The notes: generated by a model not told the origin, from the sequence alone. DNA of 64,000 nt from Eledone cirrhosa (GCA_964016885.1 OZ024741.1:88970001-89034000); one strand, 5' to 3'; shown: positions 16,822 to 29,800, counted from the first letter of the stretch. Numbers and translations are program-made.

Positions 16822-17216
16822 AGATCAAAAGATGGTTAAAAGAGTTCCATGTATTTTATTATGCGCATTTCAAAAACAAATATCATCATGGGATGATATT
16901 TGCGTTCTCATCAAATAAAATAGGGAGACATGATATGAAGCTTAAAAAACACTTGCGAGCAGTGAAGTAGATTTAACACTTCACTGCTCGCAAGTGTTTT
17001 TTAAGCTTCATATCATGTCTCCCTATTTTATTTGATGAGAACGCAAATATCATCCCATGATGATATTTGTTTTTGAAATGCGCATAATAAAATACATGGA
17101 ACTCTTTTAACCATCTTTTGATCTTATATTATTTATACGCCAGTCCTATAAACTGTTGAGTGCTACTTACCCGATATTTGCATTGCTTTATTGTGCTACA
17201 ATAAAACTCACCTCCT

Positions 17217-17217
<1 letters not shown>
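16814..17217 (+). mobile_element. Fold-back HHR element: ~155-bp inverted arms plus GAGTGCT tail
   Basis: Arms 16814-16968 and 16978-17132. HHR at 17024-17094 (+) tattttat-TTGATGA-long stem II-GAAA-tgcgca-TA-ataaaata, mirrored at 16852-16922 (-). Confidence 0.85.
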
Positions 17218-17249
<32 letters not shown>

Positions 17250-17254
<5 letters not shown>

Positions 17255-19128
17255 ACGTTTGAATATGTGTAATAAAGCCAAAACAATGCAGGTATGGACA
17301 TAGAAAAAAGAATGCAATTGTAAAAGATATTGTTGACAATTCGTCCTTTACCTTAGATTTATTTAAATGTCCTTAATTTTCGAGATAATATCTCTTCTTC
17401 AGAGGGAAATAAAGGTCTCAAACCAGCGTTCTAAATATCTTGCCAAGCCGTGCTGACAGGAAATAGTATAGAGTATCTGTTCTATCTCTAATGTCAAAGA
17501 GTTAAAATTAGGTGGATAAAGAGTAGTCTCCCTTTAAAAGGGGTTTGTTTAGGTTTTTTTTTGGTTTTTTTAAATATTTTATATACATGCCTGTATAAGT
17601 GTGTGGGAGAATGCATGAAGGTGTAAGTATGTGAGTGTGTGTGTGTGAGTGTGAGAAGATAAGTCTATTCGTAAATGTGGGGGATAGGTGTTAGAACTGG
17701 TTATGTGTGTGTATATGTGAGAGAGAATAAGTGGAGGTGTAAGCGTGTGTGTGTGCGCGTGCGTGCGTGTGTGTGTGTGGGGTGTGTAAATATGAGGCTA
17801 GAAGCCCTATCAGGTTATAAATTGGGTGTTGAGTTCTAGTCTATTATTGATTGGTGGTTGTGTTTTATCTATAATTAGTGCTTCCTTAATTCTAAAATTG
17901 CCGAGGTTTTTTTCCTTAGTTTCTATCCTAACTGTTATGGTTTTGTCGGTGTTTTTGCATTTAACTAGGTGTTTCTTAAATGAGGAAGCGTTAGTATTGA
18001 GGTGTTCTTTTATTCTTATGTGGAGTGGTCTGGTGGTGCTACCTACGTAGAAGTTGTTGCATTTGTCACACTCTAGTCTGTATACGACGTAAGCCTGGTG
18101 GCATAGGTCTGTGTCGTTGATGGGGCAGTTGGCTAGTCTGCAGCAGTTGCCATGTCTGGTGGAGTGTCTCTTGGCCAGCCGTCCGCGCAGAGAAGGACCC
18201 GAGTGGGCCAGTTGGATATCCAGTCCCTCTCGTCTGATGGCTCTGCGGATGGCTGTTGTTGTTTCTTCACTGAAGTGTGGGAGCTTCAGGAAGCAAGTGT
18301 TAGTGCCTCGGGTGTGGTGTCCTCTGTTCTTTCTGGCACGGTTTGTGGTGGATGTCATGTATCCGTTCAGTTTGAGTACTTCCAGGAAATGTGTGGTGTG
18401 TGTGTCTCGGTCTCTAGCGTCGGTGCATTTGTTCCGGATACGTGCCAGTTCGTTCCTTATGTATCCGAACTTGGCACCGAGTGGGAGGGCGGATCTGAAA
18501 TGTACGAACAGGTCGCTGCTGGTGGCTTTTTTATAGAAGCAGGTGTGGATGTTGCCTTCCTCTGTTACCCTGAGTTGGAAGTCCAGTAGGGATAGGGATC
18601 CGCGGTCATCGGGGTGTTCCATGCTAAACTTTATACTGGCGTCCATACTGGAGAATGTTGTGTATATTTTATCTGCCTCCTCACGGGATGATGTAAGGAT
18701 GAGTATGTCATCTACATATCGGGTGAAGAAGGCATGGGAATGGCAGGTGTTGAGGGCTCGGCATTCTAGCTGGTTCATGTAGGTGATGGCCAGCAGGCCC
18801 GATAGGCTGGATCCCATGGGTAATCCTGTTGTCTGTCTGTATGTGTGGTGGTGGAAGGTGAAGTACGTGTTGTCTACTCTTTGACATTAGAGATAGAACA
18901 GATACTCTATACTATTTCCTGTCAGCATGGCTTGGCAAGATGTTTAGAACGCTGGTTTGAGACCTTTATTTCCCTCTGAAGAAGAGATATTATCTCGAAA
19001 ATTAAGGACATTTAAATAAATCTAAGGTAAAGGACGAATTGTCAACAATATCTTTTACAATTGCATTCTTTTTTCTATGTCCATACCTGCATTGTTTTGG
19101 CTTTATTACACATATTCAAACGTTTATA
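17250..19128 (-). mobile_element. 5'-truncated Penelope-like element with inverted pseudo-LTRs
   Basis: 17250-17502 is the near-exact reverse complement of 18876-19128. Each has an HHR-like CTGAAGA-a-gagata t tatctc-GAAA core. They enclose the RT/EN ORF. Confidence 0.92.
17810..18817 (-). CDS. Penelope RT C-terminal half + GIY-YIG endonuclease (truncated, uninterrupted)
   Basis: (GLP)MGSSLSG, RYVDD, LLDF, YKKAT, and VVYRLECDKCNNFYVGSTTRPLHIRIKEH motifs. Confidence 0.92.
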   Translation of the reverse strand: MGSSLSGLLAITYMNQLECRALNTCHSHAFFTRYVDDILILTSSREEADKIYTTFSSMDASIKFSMEHPDDRGSLSLLDFQLRVTEEGNIHTCFYKKATSSDLFVHFRSALPLGAKFGYIRNELARIRNKCTDARDRDTHTTHFLEVLKLNGYMTSTTNRARKNRGHHTRGTNTCFLKLPHFSEETTTAIRRAIRREGLDIQLAHSGPSLRGRLAKRHSTRHGNCCRLANCPINDTDLCHQAYVVYRLECDKCNNFYVGSTTRPLHIRIKEHLNTNASSFKKHLVKCKNTDKTITVRIETKEKNLGNFRIKEALIIDKTQPPINNRLELNTQFIT

Positions 19129-19168
19129 CCTCATTACACAATGCTTCAAGTGAACTATAACCTCCTCC

Positions 19169-19233
<65 letters not shown>

Positions 19234-19241
<8 letters not shown>

Positions 19242-19542
19242 ATATTAACAAATGGAAAGTATATTTATAAAACCATATTTCAAGGGCCACCAAGGCAAAC
19301 TATGGTGCGCTTTCATCAGATAAAGTATAATATATGTTAGTTTTATAAATAAATATTGACATACCCTGAAATTTCAGGGTATGTCAATATTGAAATATGT
19401 ATAATGAAATAAATATGGTTTTATAAATATAGTTTCCATTTGTTAATATATTGTATATTTACTCCAATAATTTGTTGAGTGCTTTATATCAGTTAGAAAA
19501 ATATTTTACTTGTTGTATCCCAACAAATTAAATATAACCTCT
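19234..19542 (+). mobile_element. Fold-back HHR-family element with central GACATACCCTGA hairpin and GAGTGCT tail
   Basis: Inverted ends. Partial HHR on minus (CTGATGA...GAAA, 19278-19325). Palindrome atattgacataccctgaaatttcagggtatgtcaatat. Confidence 0.75.
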
Positions 19543-19545
19543 ACA

Positions 19546-19612
<67 letters not shown>

Positions 19613-19617
19613 GTATA

Positions 19618-19687
<70 letters not shown>

Positions 19688-20252
19688 CATGGTGGCTGCC
19701 AACTCGTTTTCGAGTACGGCCACTACTTTATATCCATGTAGGAGAACCCCTACTACACTTGTGACAATTACTGACACATAGTGCTGGGCCCATGTTACCA
19801 TGTGATGACAAGTGCAGAGAGATCTCCAGATATAAAGCAATGCCTGTGCCGTGAAGCTTTTATAGTGAGCAAAGGCACTGCACAAAGCCAGTCCCACTCT
19901 CTTAACCAAGATGATATTTACCAAAAAGAAGAACAAGTCAACATCATTGGATACCATCAGGGTTGCAGGTGTTATATCAGAGTTTTCCTTCTCCTAGAAT
20001 TCTGCCTTGACAAAGGCTAAGGGATCATCTCTTTCGGTGATTTTTGATGGCCATTGACTCTTAAGAGCTCCTTTGCCCTTTGACAGGTTTTGTTTTTAGT
20101 CCTGCAGGATGTCCAAAGTTACCCTCCTTACCAAGAAACCTTGGTGGGGTTGCCAGTTTAGTCGCCAACGACTCGACCATGAAACAGGTTGTACTGGGAT
20201 ACATGATATCAGTAGCACCAACTGGTGACCTGACATAACATACATACATACA
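19688..20252 (-). mobile_element. ~560-bp non-autonomous retroposon, probably RTE-derived
   Basis: Closely similar inverted copy at 34320-34778 and diverged copies at 62745-63610; bounded by ACAT-type repeats. Confidence 0.7.
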
Positions 20253-20348
20253 TATGAACCCAGCTTAGAAACCAATGCTAATAGTATAGGGGGGGGGATA
20301 TATACATACATATATATATATACACACACACATATGTATATATATATA

Positions 20349-20381
<33 letters not shown>

Positions 20382-20385
20382 GTAT

Positions 20386-20419
<34 letters not shown>

Positions 20420-21249
20420 ACATAAGTTAAAATATACGCATGTAAGGTTATATACAATTTAGTATATAATCGTATACACACGCGCACACGCGCGCGCGCA
20501 CACGCACGCACACACACACATACACATACACACAAATGAATGAATGAAGTTGGAAATGATACAGGCAAGGGCAACCTTTTTCGAGTAGTGGGCCACATTG
20601 AAAGTGGTTCATCATAAGGCGGGCCGCACTATTAAACAATTTAAGACAATTTTAATATTAGGTGTGCCATACCGAACGTTAAATGGGCGCTATTCGCCCA
20701 TGATTGAAATAATAATTTAACAGAATAATCCAATAATCAATCAAAGTGTTTTGAAGAAGGAGAAAAGAAGTGAAAAATTACACACTTGGTTGTTTGTAAG
20801 AAAATACCATTGATGGCAAAGGATATCAGATGTAAAATTTAACTTGGGGGTCAACGACGGAAAGTACCCATCACTCATTTATATAAATAACATACTTTCA
20901 TCTTCTAAAGGGTCATCGTATTGGAATGAGTGGGTGAAATAAGACGGAACAAACTCACTATTCACCGCTTAGCTTCGCGGTCGTTTAACACCGGATACAT
21001 TAGCGTAAGAAATAAAACATAAACAAACCAACAAGCAAACAAATAAAACGAAACAAATTCCTTTTCCTGTTTGAATATCTTTTGATATAGACAAAAGTAG
21101 AGCATCAGTCTCTTAATTTATAGGTAGCTTCCTTTGGAGGAAAAAAAGGTTACAGAGTTGTTGTTGTTGTTGTTGGTATGTTAATACAGCGCCCCTACGA
21201 CTCTAACAGGAGTTACGGGATCATACCATATCTATCTCTATATCAATGA

Positions 21250-21556
21250 TATTAATAAATGGAAACTATATTTATAAAACCATATTTATTGTATTATATA
21301 TCGGTGAATTGGCAGTATCGGTAGAGGCTCGAACATGCTTTCCAGCACAGTTACATCCCTTTATGATCTGAGTTCAAATCCCGCCGAGGTTAACTTTGCC
21401 TTTCATCCATACGGGGTCGATAAAATAAAGTACCAGTAATGTACTGGGTAATTGCTGGCCTTGTGCCAAAAGTAGAAAAAATTATATATATTTCAAGGGT
21501 ACCAAAAAACTTTGGTACGCCCTCATCAGATAAAATACAAAATTTGTTTTATAAAT
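21250..21556 (-). mobile_element. HHR-bearing element interrupted by a SINE
   Basis: Minus strand tattttat-CTGATGA-gggcgtaccaa..tggtaccctt-GAAA-tatata at 21537-21482; remainder continues at 21300-21255. Confidence 0.75.
21302..21484 (+). mobile_element. tRNA-derived SINE, family A
   Basis: A-box-like TGGCAGTATCGG, B-box GTTCAAATCC, conserved body gcctttcatcc..ggggtcgataaaataaagtaccag (resembles the SINE Meta domain). Confidence 0.88.
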
Positions 21557-21691
21557 AGTGAACGCACCAGAGTACTCGATACTTAGTGTAGTAGAGTGGG
21601 TAATAGGAAAAGAGTCAGGACCCCGACGGCAGAGCTCCGGCCGTTTCCACAGCTAGATCCGAATTATTTATATATAGAGATATAATTTTAC

Positions 21692-21727
<36 letters not shown>

Positions 21728-21802
21728 AAGGTCATATTGTTGTAATATTCAAAACTAGAACTTAGCCTTTTGAATATGTCACTATCTGTAAAACAACTTT
21801 TG

Positions 21803-21864
21803 TATTTTATCTGATGAGAGCGTACCAAAAATGTTGGTACCCTTGAAATATATATAATAAAATA
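21803..21864 (+). ncRNA. Type I minimal hammerhead ribozyme
   Basis: tattttat-CTGATGA-gagcgtaccaa aaatg ttggtaccctt-GAAA-tatata-TA-ataaaata. Confidence 0.85.
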
Positions 21865-22348
21865 AATATGGTTTTATAAAGATAGTTTCAATTTATTAAT
21901 ATTACTTGCTGAAAAACCACCCTTCGGGCGATTTTCTGCTAGCATGTGTAGTGTGTATATTGATATTATACGCAGGTATATATACATGTAGATATGATAC
22001 ATCAAATAAAATCGTAATTGACAATATGCACAAAAATTGAATGCGTTACACTGTCTTATGTAATCAGTAACGCAATCCATGATACATTAAAAAAGACGAT
22101 ATTATATATTTAACTGCAGTAGGAGAAAATTAGTATGTGTATTTAAGCGATCGCCACCGGAAGTGTTGATATCACACACACACTCTCTCTTTCTATATAT
22201 ATGGTAGTTGAAATGGTGGTGGTGGTGGCGACGATATACCGGAAGTGCAACTTTGAAAAGAAGTCAATTTTAAATTATTTATTTTTACGAAATTATTTTT
22301 GTTTACGAAATTGAGTAGATAAATTATGTAATATCCATTCATTATTTA

Positions 22349-22712
22349 TGCTTTCCAGCATAGTTACGTCCCTTTACGATCTGAGTTCAAATCCCGCCGA
22401 GGTTGACTTTGCCTTTCATCCTTACGGGGTCGATAAAATAAAGTACCAGTAATGCACTGGGTAATTGCTGGCCTTGTGCCTAAAGTAGAAACAATTATTT
22501 ATTCAAAGTATGGCGGTGGATTGGCAGTATCGGTAGAGGGTCGGACGCCATGCTTTCCAGCATAGTTACGTCCCTTTACGATCTGAGTTCAAATCCCGCC
22601 GAGGTTGACTTTGCTTTTCATCCTTATGGGGTCGATAAAATAAAGTACCAGTAATGCACTGGGTAATTGCTGGCCTTGTGCCTAAAGTAGAAACAATTAT
22701 TTATTCAAAGTA
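22349..22712 (+). mobile_element. Tandem SINE family A (partial + full copy, 202-bp period)
   Basis: Two near-identical bodies, each followed by attatttattcaaagta. Confidence 0.9.
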
Positions 22713-22908
22713 ATCCAACTTATTTTACACACAGGATAAAAAAAAATTTTTTTTAAATCGTACGCAATCTCGCAGACCTTCCTTTATTATAGTTTAGATT
22801 GATATTATACGCCAGAAGAATATTGTAGAGTGCTTCTAACCTGTTATAAACTAAATTTGTTGAATAATAAACAAATTAAATAACTCATTGCTTATATATA
22901 TATATATA

Positions 22909-23030
22909 CAGGTAAAATTCCGTTATAACGATTTTTTTTTTCAATTCCCGGCCACACGCTCGATAAAGAATTTTTCATTACAACGAATTTTTTTGTACCC
23001 CGTGAATTTCGTTATAATGGAATTTCACTG
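22909..23030. mobile_element. pogo/Tigger-like MITE
   Basis: TIRs caggtaaaattccgttataacga / tcgttataatggaatttcactg with TA flanks. Confidence 0.8.
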
Positions 23031-23190
23031 TATATATATATATATAAACACTGACAAGAAAGAAGAAATTTACATGTTATTAGTCTTATACGTATTCCAT
23101 AAGTATTACACCTTGGACGAACAGATTCGTTCTCTTTACTGATTATTGTACCACCTTGAGCTTGGCATTTGCTTGCATAACTTTACTCAC

Positions 23191-23233
23191 TTGATTTTTC
23201 AACATTTTACCTTGTTTAAAATGACTTAAATGT
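23191..23233 (-). CDS. Candidate 43-bp internal exon (xHLSHFKQGKMLKNQ)
   Basis: Minus strand cattgtag acceptor and gtgagt donor with an open frame. Confidence 0.3.
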
Positions 23234-23301
23234 CTACAATGCACATAGACAATACATATATAGACATGAACTATAATAATACTTCATGTCTATATATAAT
23301 A

Positions 23302-23477
23302 CAAGTAAAATTCCGTTATAACGAATACCATTTTAATGAATTTTTCAGTATAACGAAATTGTTTTCAATCCCCAGCCACGCGCTCGATATGTTAGGTCGG
23401 TCTCGTTATAAAGAATTTCTCGTTACAACGAATTTATTTTTATACTCCGTGAATTTCGTTATAGCGGAATTTCACTG
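23302..23477. mobile_element. pogo/Tigger-like MITE (same family; partial copy at ~28970-29136)
   Basis: TIRs caagtaaaattccgttataacgaa / ttcgttatagcggaatttcactg with TA flanks. Confidence 0.8.
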
Positions 23478-24590
23478 TAGTTGAATAAATCGGGTAAAAT
23501 ACCCCGGAAACGGAAAATGAACTCTGTCCACATTTTTTCTGTCTTCAGGGCTACTTTACCCGATTTAATCAATTATTATTTTAGTTGTCAACTATAATTA
23601 TACTTATATGCATTGTTGGCGGTGACTATATTTTCAAACACAACATTTAACCAATATTTGGATAACCGAGGAATGCCCTTTGCGTTTAGAAGCAAACGTT
23701 TAAAGAAAAACATGTATTGAAGATAGATGTTAATATTGCCTTTTTAAAATAAAATTACACTGATCTTTGTCTAGGTAATAAAAACAGATTTCCCTGTTCC
23801 AAAGTGCGATTATAATGTCTAATAACTACTGGGGCAAAATATCCACAGGAATTTTCAGATATTGTAGAAAATACGGAGGAGTAGATTTTAGTGTGGTGAA
23901 ATAAACTATACACAAATTCAACATTATATATGACCAGAGAATGAGAAAAGTGAAATTGAATTAAATCCAAAGCCGAAATTCCGATATATACAGAGTAAAT
24001 AATCGTGTGAAAAAGCGAAGCAGTACTCACACTCGTTTAACACACATTCTCTCTGTTCTTTATTCTTCCACACAGTCTTTTCCTCTTACGTTCTAAAATT
24101 TCTCCCTTTTTTCTGTCACCCAGACTCGCTCACTCTCTGGTGTGAAAAAAAAAAAGGATACAAAAGAAAGAAAAAAAATGTGATACATCTTTATTAGTTC
24201 GTAATAAATCGGAAGAAAGTGAGATTATTTTAGTGATCTTTTCATTGAGATGTTATGTATATTCATGACAAATTTACTTATATATATATACATATATAAA
24301 AACAAATAACGAAACGAAATTAAATTTCGTTTCGTTTGTAACTCACTTTTGTATGACTGACGCTTAAACAATTAAGTTAAAAATGTACATCCATATATGT
24401 ATACTGAAATACTAGTATGCATATGAGTACACACACGTATACATATATAGATGTACCAAGTCTTTCACTGGTTACTTTACTGTGAGTATCCAGCTATTCT
24501 GTATGTAAACACACAGACAAACCGGTTTTTAGAGTCATACTGGTTTTTGAGGAAACACCTTTCCTCTATTCTCCAGAAAGCCAGACAAGG

Positions 24591-24635
24591 AATATTGAAC
24601 TAGTTTCGTTGTTGTTACAACTCATCAGCAATATT
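24591..24635 (-). ncRNA. Type I minimal hammerhead ribozyme
   Basis: Reverse complement of the 25290-25334 motif. Confidence 0.85.
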
Positions 24636-25289
24636 TACCTATCTACCGGTCTTTCTGGAGAATCGTAAAAGCACATATCGTTATATGCTTTTTCTATGAA
24701 AATTAGTAGTGGGCAGACTAATTTGCATAGAGTGTGAGTACGTACCGGTTCAACGGAGACGATAAAAACAAATAACGAAACGAAATTAAATTTCGTTTCG
24801 TTTGTAACTCACTTTTGTATGACTGACGCTTAAACAATTAAGTTAAAAATGTACATCCATATATGTATACTGAAATACTAGTATGCATATGAATACACAC
24901 ACGTATACATATATAGATGTACCAAGTCTTTCACTGGTTACTTTACTGTGAGTATCCAGCTATTCTGTATGTAAACACACAGACAAACCGGTTTTTAGAG
25001 TCATACTGGTTTTTGAGGAAACACCTTTCCTCTATTCTCCAGAAAGCCATTTCAGTATACATATATGGATGTACATTTTTAACTTAATTGTTTAAGCGTC
25101 AGTCATACAAAAGTGAGTTACAAACGAAACGAAATTTAATTTCGTTTCGTTATTTGTTTTTATCGTCTCCGTTGAACCGGTACGTACTCACACTCTATGC
25201 AAATTAGTCTGCCCACTACTAATTTTCATAGAAAAAGCATATAACGATATGTGCTTTTACGATTCCCCAGAAAGGCCGGTAGATAGGTA

Positions 25290-25334
25290 AATATTGCTGA
25301 TGAGTTGTAACAACAACGAAACTAGTTCAATATT
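25290..25334 (+). ncRNA. Type I minimal hammerhead ribozyme
   Basis: aatattg-CTGATGA-gttg taacaa caac-GAAA-ctag-TT-caatatt. Confidence 0.87.
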
Positions 25335-25559
25335 CCTTGTCTGGCTTTCTGGAGAATAGAGGAAAGGTGTTTCCTCAAAAACCAGTATGACTCTAAAAAC
25401 CGGTTTGTCTGTGTGTTTACATACAGAATAGCTGGATACTCACAGTAAAGTAACCAGTGAAAGACTTGGTACATCTATATATGTATACGTGTGTGTATTC
25501 ATATGCATACTAGTATTTCAGTATACATATATGGATGTACATTTTTAACTTAATTGTTT

Positions 25560-25648
<89 letters not shown>

Positions 25649-25679
25649 CCTAAGTGCAGCAGATTTCTTCTAGAGAGAA

Positions 25680-25815
25680 GACTCGACCCCAGTACTAGAC
25701 TGGTACTTTTTTTATCGACCTCGAAACGATGAAAGGCAAAGTTGACTTCGGTGGGATTTGAACTCAGAGAGCAGGAACGAATACCATAAAACGTTCTAAC
25801 GACTCTGCCAATTTT
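25680..25815 (-). mobile_element. SINE family A-related, diverged
   Basis: ctggtact...ttatcgacc..gatgaaaggcaaagttgac..ggatttgaactcaga. Confidence 0.75.
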
Positions 25816-27778
25816 CCTTATATATATGTGTGTGTGTGCGTGTGCGTGCGTACATACATACATATATACGCGCGCGCGCGCAAACACACATATGATATCA
25901 ATTACACCCGTACATATGCGGTTGTGGATGAGAGTAAATAGTTACGAATATATATAAAATAATATATAAAATAATAATAATAATAATGAATATTTGAGCT
26001 TCCGTTAATGTGACTTGTGTCATGCGATTAGTCAATTAAGGGGTGAAATGAGAATTTCTGTTCCCATTTTAGCTTCTCCGACTAAAGGTCGGGTCTTAGA
26101 CTAGTTTAATAAACAAACAATTTATAAGGGAAAACTTCAGAAAATTGTAAATGCCTTATATTTACTGTTAATAGTTTTGTTACCAAACCGATTACGATAC
26201 AAAGTTGTTTATTTCAGTGTTTAAATTTATCTAAAAACCTTCCATCATCATTTTATGTAAGAAACTTTAAGTTATGATCCAAACACCAGCTAAATAATGA
26301 GAAAATTAAATATATTACCGAATCTTTCAAAATTCTGGATAATGTTTAAAATGAATTGAAAATCATAGGCAGTGTGTTTTATTAGAAATAAAGAAATGAA
26401 AAGGTTAAATTTAGAAGTAACTATTTTTTAAATATTTGTCTGGTTGTTTTAAACGATTAAATAACAAAAAGCTTCAGGTTATTCTATTTTCTCTCGACTA
26501 TATTTGTGACAAATTTCAGTCAACAATGCGATATGTTTCTATTTTTATCCCTTGTTTTTGTAATGATCTTACAGGGATAGAGTTTATTTCTTAATTAGAA
26601 TTTAAAGAAAAATATGAATGTTTTAAGTGCTTAAGTAATCAACCATAGTTTTTATTTTGTTTTGCTATTGTATACGTGCTTCTGTTTTATGCATCAAATA
26701 TCTGTTTGTTACGTTTTAACGTAAACAGTTTTGATGCGTAATGCAAGACAATCGCTGTCATCACCGACGTCACACTCTAGACAGAGCGTACTACGCTGTA
26801 CTATTTTAGTTTATGCGCAGTTCACATACCCACGCAAACTCGACATTGAATTTCATACAGAAATAAAATTTGAAAACAACTTACAATAAGAGACACTTGC
26901 ATTATAAAAGGTAAAAGGTGAAGAGCCTTTAAATCGCGGTGGTGCCGTTGGGCGCCGTCTTGACACACAGATTATCTTGGGCATTTTAAATCTGACGGAC
27001 CCCATCCCTCCCCAAGTCGATAAAATAAAATACCAGTAAAGGACTGGAATCAGTATATAATCGACTTTCCCATCTCCACAAATTGCTGTTTTTGTGCCAA
27101 AACTAGAAATGATCATTACGACAGATATTTTCTTATTCTATTTTTGTTAATGAATAAAAGTTAAATAAAATAAACCAGCCATGAGCCCTTAACTCTATGT
27201 GACGTTATAACGACTGTGCCAATTTGCTGCCTTAAAGTAAAATAAAGATGTATTCAAATATTACAGTTAATAATAATTGACACATGTAATGTTCTTTTTA
27301 TGAATTATGTTAGAGAAAGAAAGGCCGTTCCATGATTTTAAGCAGGGACTCTGTGACTCCGGGGTGAAGGGACAACAACAAAAAAGTTGTCCGAAGACTG
27401 AAAGACTAAAACCGAATGTTTGCAACAGAGTGGATCCGCTATAGACACCGAAATGTCATGTAGTGGTGTCAAACTGGGTGACGGATTAAATATATCACCC
27501 AAGTACAAAATTGGTCACCATTGGACTTCCACACATTTTTTGTCTCGAATTTCACTTACAAGTTTCTGGGTTGACCTATGGCTATAGTAGAATACATCGG
27601 CCAAGAAGCGAACTTATAAACCAAGCATCTATGGCTGTGCCCTATATCGCTAATGTCGATTTTAAACCTAGGTCAACTTTGATCGGGCGCTCCATCTGTA
27701 ATCATTCCGTCTTTTAGAGGTATATTGGTTTACATTATTCAATGTATGTTGAATAATGTAAACCTACATACCTCTAAG

Positions 27779-27996
27779 GTGGTGGATTGGCAGTATCGGT
27801 AGAGTGTCGGATAACAAGATTTGTGGCATAGAATTACGGCTCTTTACGTTCTGAGTTCAAATCCCGCCGAAGTTAGCTTTTCCTTTCATCCTTAAGTGAT
27901 CGATAAAATAAAGCACCAGTATTGCATTGAGGTAGATTTAATCAACTTTCCCCTCCCCAAAATTATTGGCCTTGTGCCTAAATCAGAAACCATTAT
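27779..27996 (+). mobile_element. tRNA-SINE, family A variant (partial copy also at ~27010-27117)
   Basis: ggtggattggcagtatcggtaga head, GTTCAAATCC B box, conserved body. Confidence 0.85.
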
Positions 27997-29221
27997 TCAA
28001 TGTATGATTCCGTATTTTTTTAATCATAGAAAGCGTTCTAGCCATGGCCATCCTATGTTGTTTTCGGATATTGTGCATCTAGAACTACATTCTCCATTAT
28101 ATATTTTGAATGAAATTTTGCTGTTTTTTCTACCATGACGTGTATCCACAAAATGTAAGGACTGCTCTCCTTTGTTAGCTCAAGTGTAGTTAATAATTGG
28201 TGGCTGACGTTCCGTTTATTTTTGTGAAAGATATCCAAATTGGGTCAGAAAGTAACAACATAGTCCACACGAGCATAGAGGCCTCGGAAGGGAGTTTCAT
28301 AAATACCCCCCCCCCCCTCCCATCTATTTTGATTGAGAGCCAATCACCGGTCATTCCTGGCATTTACTAATAGGACACACTAATTTTCTCTACTGGTCAG
28401 ACTTTAACGTACGCACGTACACGTGCATACACAGGTAGAATACATACAGATATAACTCATATAAATACATACAAATATAACATGCATGCATACATACATA
28501 AATACAAACATATATACATACATATATACATACATACACATATAAATACACATACATACATACACGCATGTACACATACATGCATACACATCATATGCAC
28601 AAGTACACACATACATACATACACATAGATTCATACGTGCATATACACACACACAGACACATACATACATACAATCATAAATTCACACGTTATAACTTGA
28701 AACCCTCATGGAAGGCACGTGTGACCTCTGTGTCATCTCCTTCAGCTTCCGCCGCACGTTTAGCGATAATTATTAATTAGTAATTAGTACATTTAAAGAG
28801 TAGCAATAAGAACAATACTAATGTTAGTGACGGCAACCGCAACAACAGTAACAACAACACAGCAGCAGCAACAACAGAAGCACTTAGGCTAACAAACGAA
28901 GCAGCAATAACATCAGCTTGTTTCGGGAAACTCCGAGTACCTACAAAGATATATTCCAGTTTGCCATCTTTTTTCAGTATAACGAAATTTTCTTTCAGTC
29001 CCCAGCCATAGGCGCGATGTGTTAGGTCGATCTCGTTATAAAGAAGTTTTCGTTACAACGAATTTTTGTTATTGAAAAAAATTCGTTATACTGAAAAATT
29101 CGTTATAATGGTATTCGTTATAACGGAATTTTACCTATATATATATGTATGTGTGTGTGTATCACTCTCTCTCTATATATATATATAGTTTTCAAATCCA
29201 TATTACTATTTCATAAATAAA

Positions 29222-29284
29222 TATTTTTTCTGATGAATGAAGACAGACATATCTGTCTTCAAGAAACCAGTGGTAAATGAAATA
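29222..29284 (+). ncRNA. Hammerhead ribozyme candidate
   Basis: CTGATGA-a-tgaagacaga cata tctgtcttca-a-GAAA-ccagtgg-TA; stem I imperfect. Related fragment at 60600-60650. Confidence 0.65.
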
Positions 29285-29385
29285 ATTATCTTATGTTGTT
29301 TATTACATAACTAAAAATCTCTGTAGCCTACATAGAGCACTCTCTTTTCCTTTACCTTTCCTACAGAAATACTTCATATATATAC

Positions 29386-29449
<64 letters not shown>

Positions 29450-29660
29450 CTATGTGTGTGTGTGTGTGAAAATGTGACGTGGCTATGTTCAGGACGTTTC
29501 CTTAACACCCACTTTTCATTTTCATATTCTACAATGCTTCGTTCAAACTACAACACCCTCGCCCCCACCTCTCTCTCTCTCTTTAGCTATCTATCTATCT
29601 CTACCTTGCTCTCTCTCTCTCTTTATCTATCTATCTATCTATCTATCTATCTCTACCTTG

Positions 29661-29736
<76 letters not shown>

Positions 29737-29760
29737 TGATGATATATATATATAAATTGA

Positions 29761-29800
<40 letters not shown>

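Larger units (their letters stand above)
24296..25560. mobile_element. 466-bp HHR-containing unit: ~1.6 tandem copies then an inverted, circularly permuted ~1.1 copy
   Basis: Period 466 (gtacat at 24385 and 24851); inversion junction at 25049/25050; TA tracts on both sides. Confidence 0.9.

Noticed and set aside
21302-21400. tRNA gene (A and B boxes)
   Set aside because: No cloverleaf; continues into a multi-copy SINE body.
28690-28930. Protein-like minus-strand stretches (AKRAAEAEGDDTEVTRAF; TRSFPKQAD)
   Set aside because: No convincing paired splice sites or recognisable homology.
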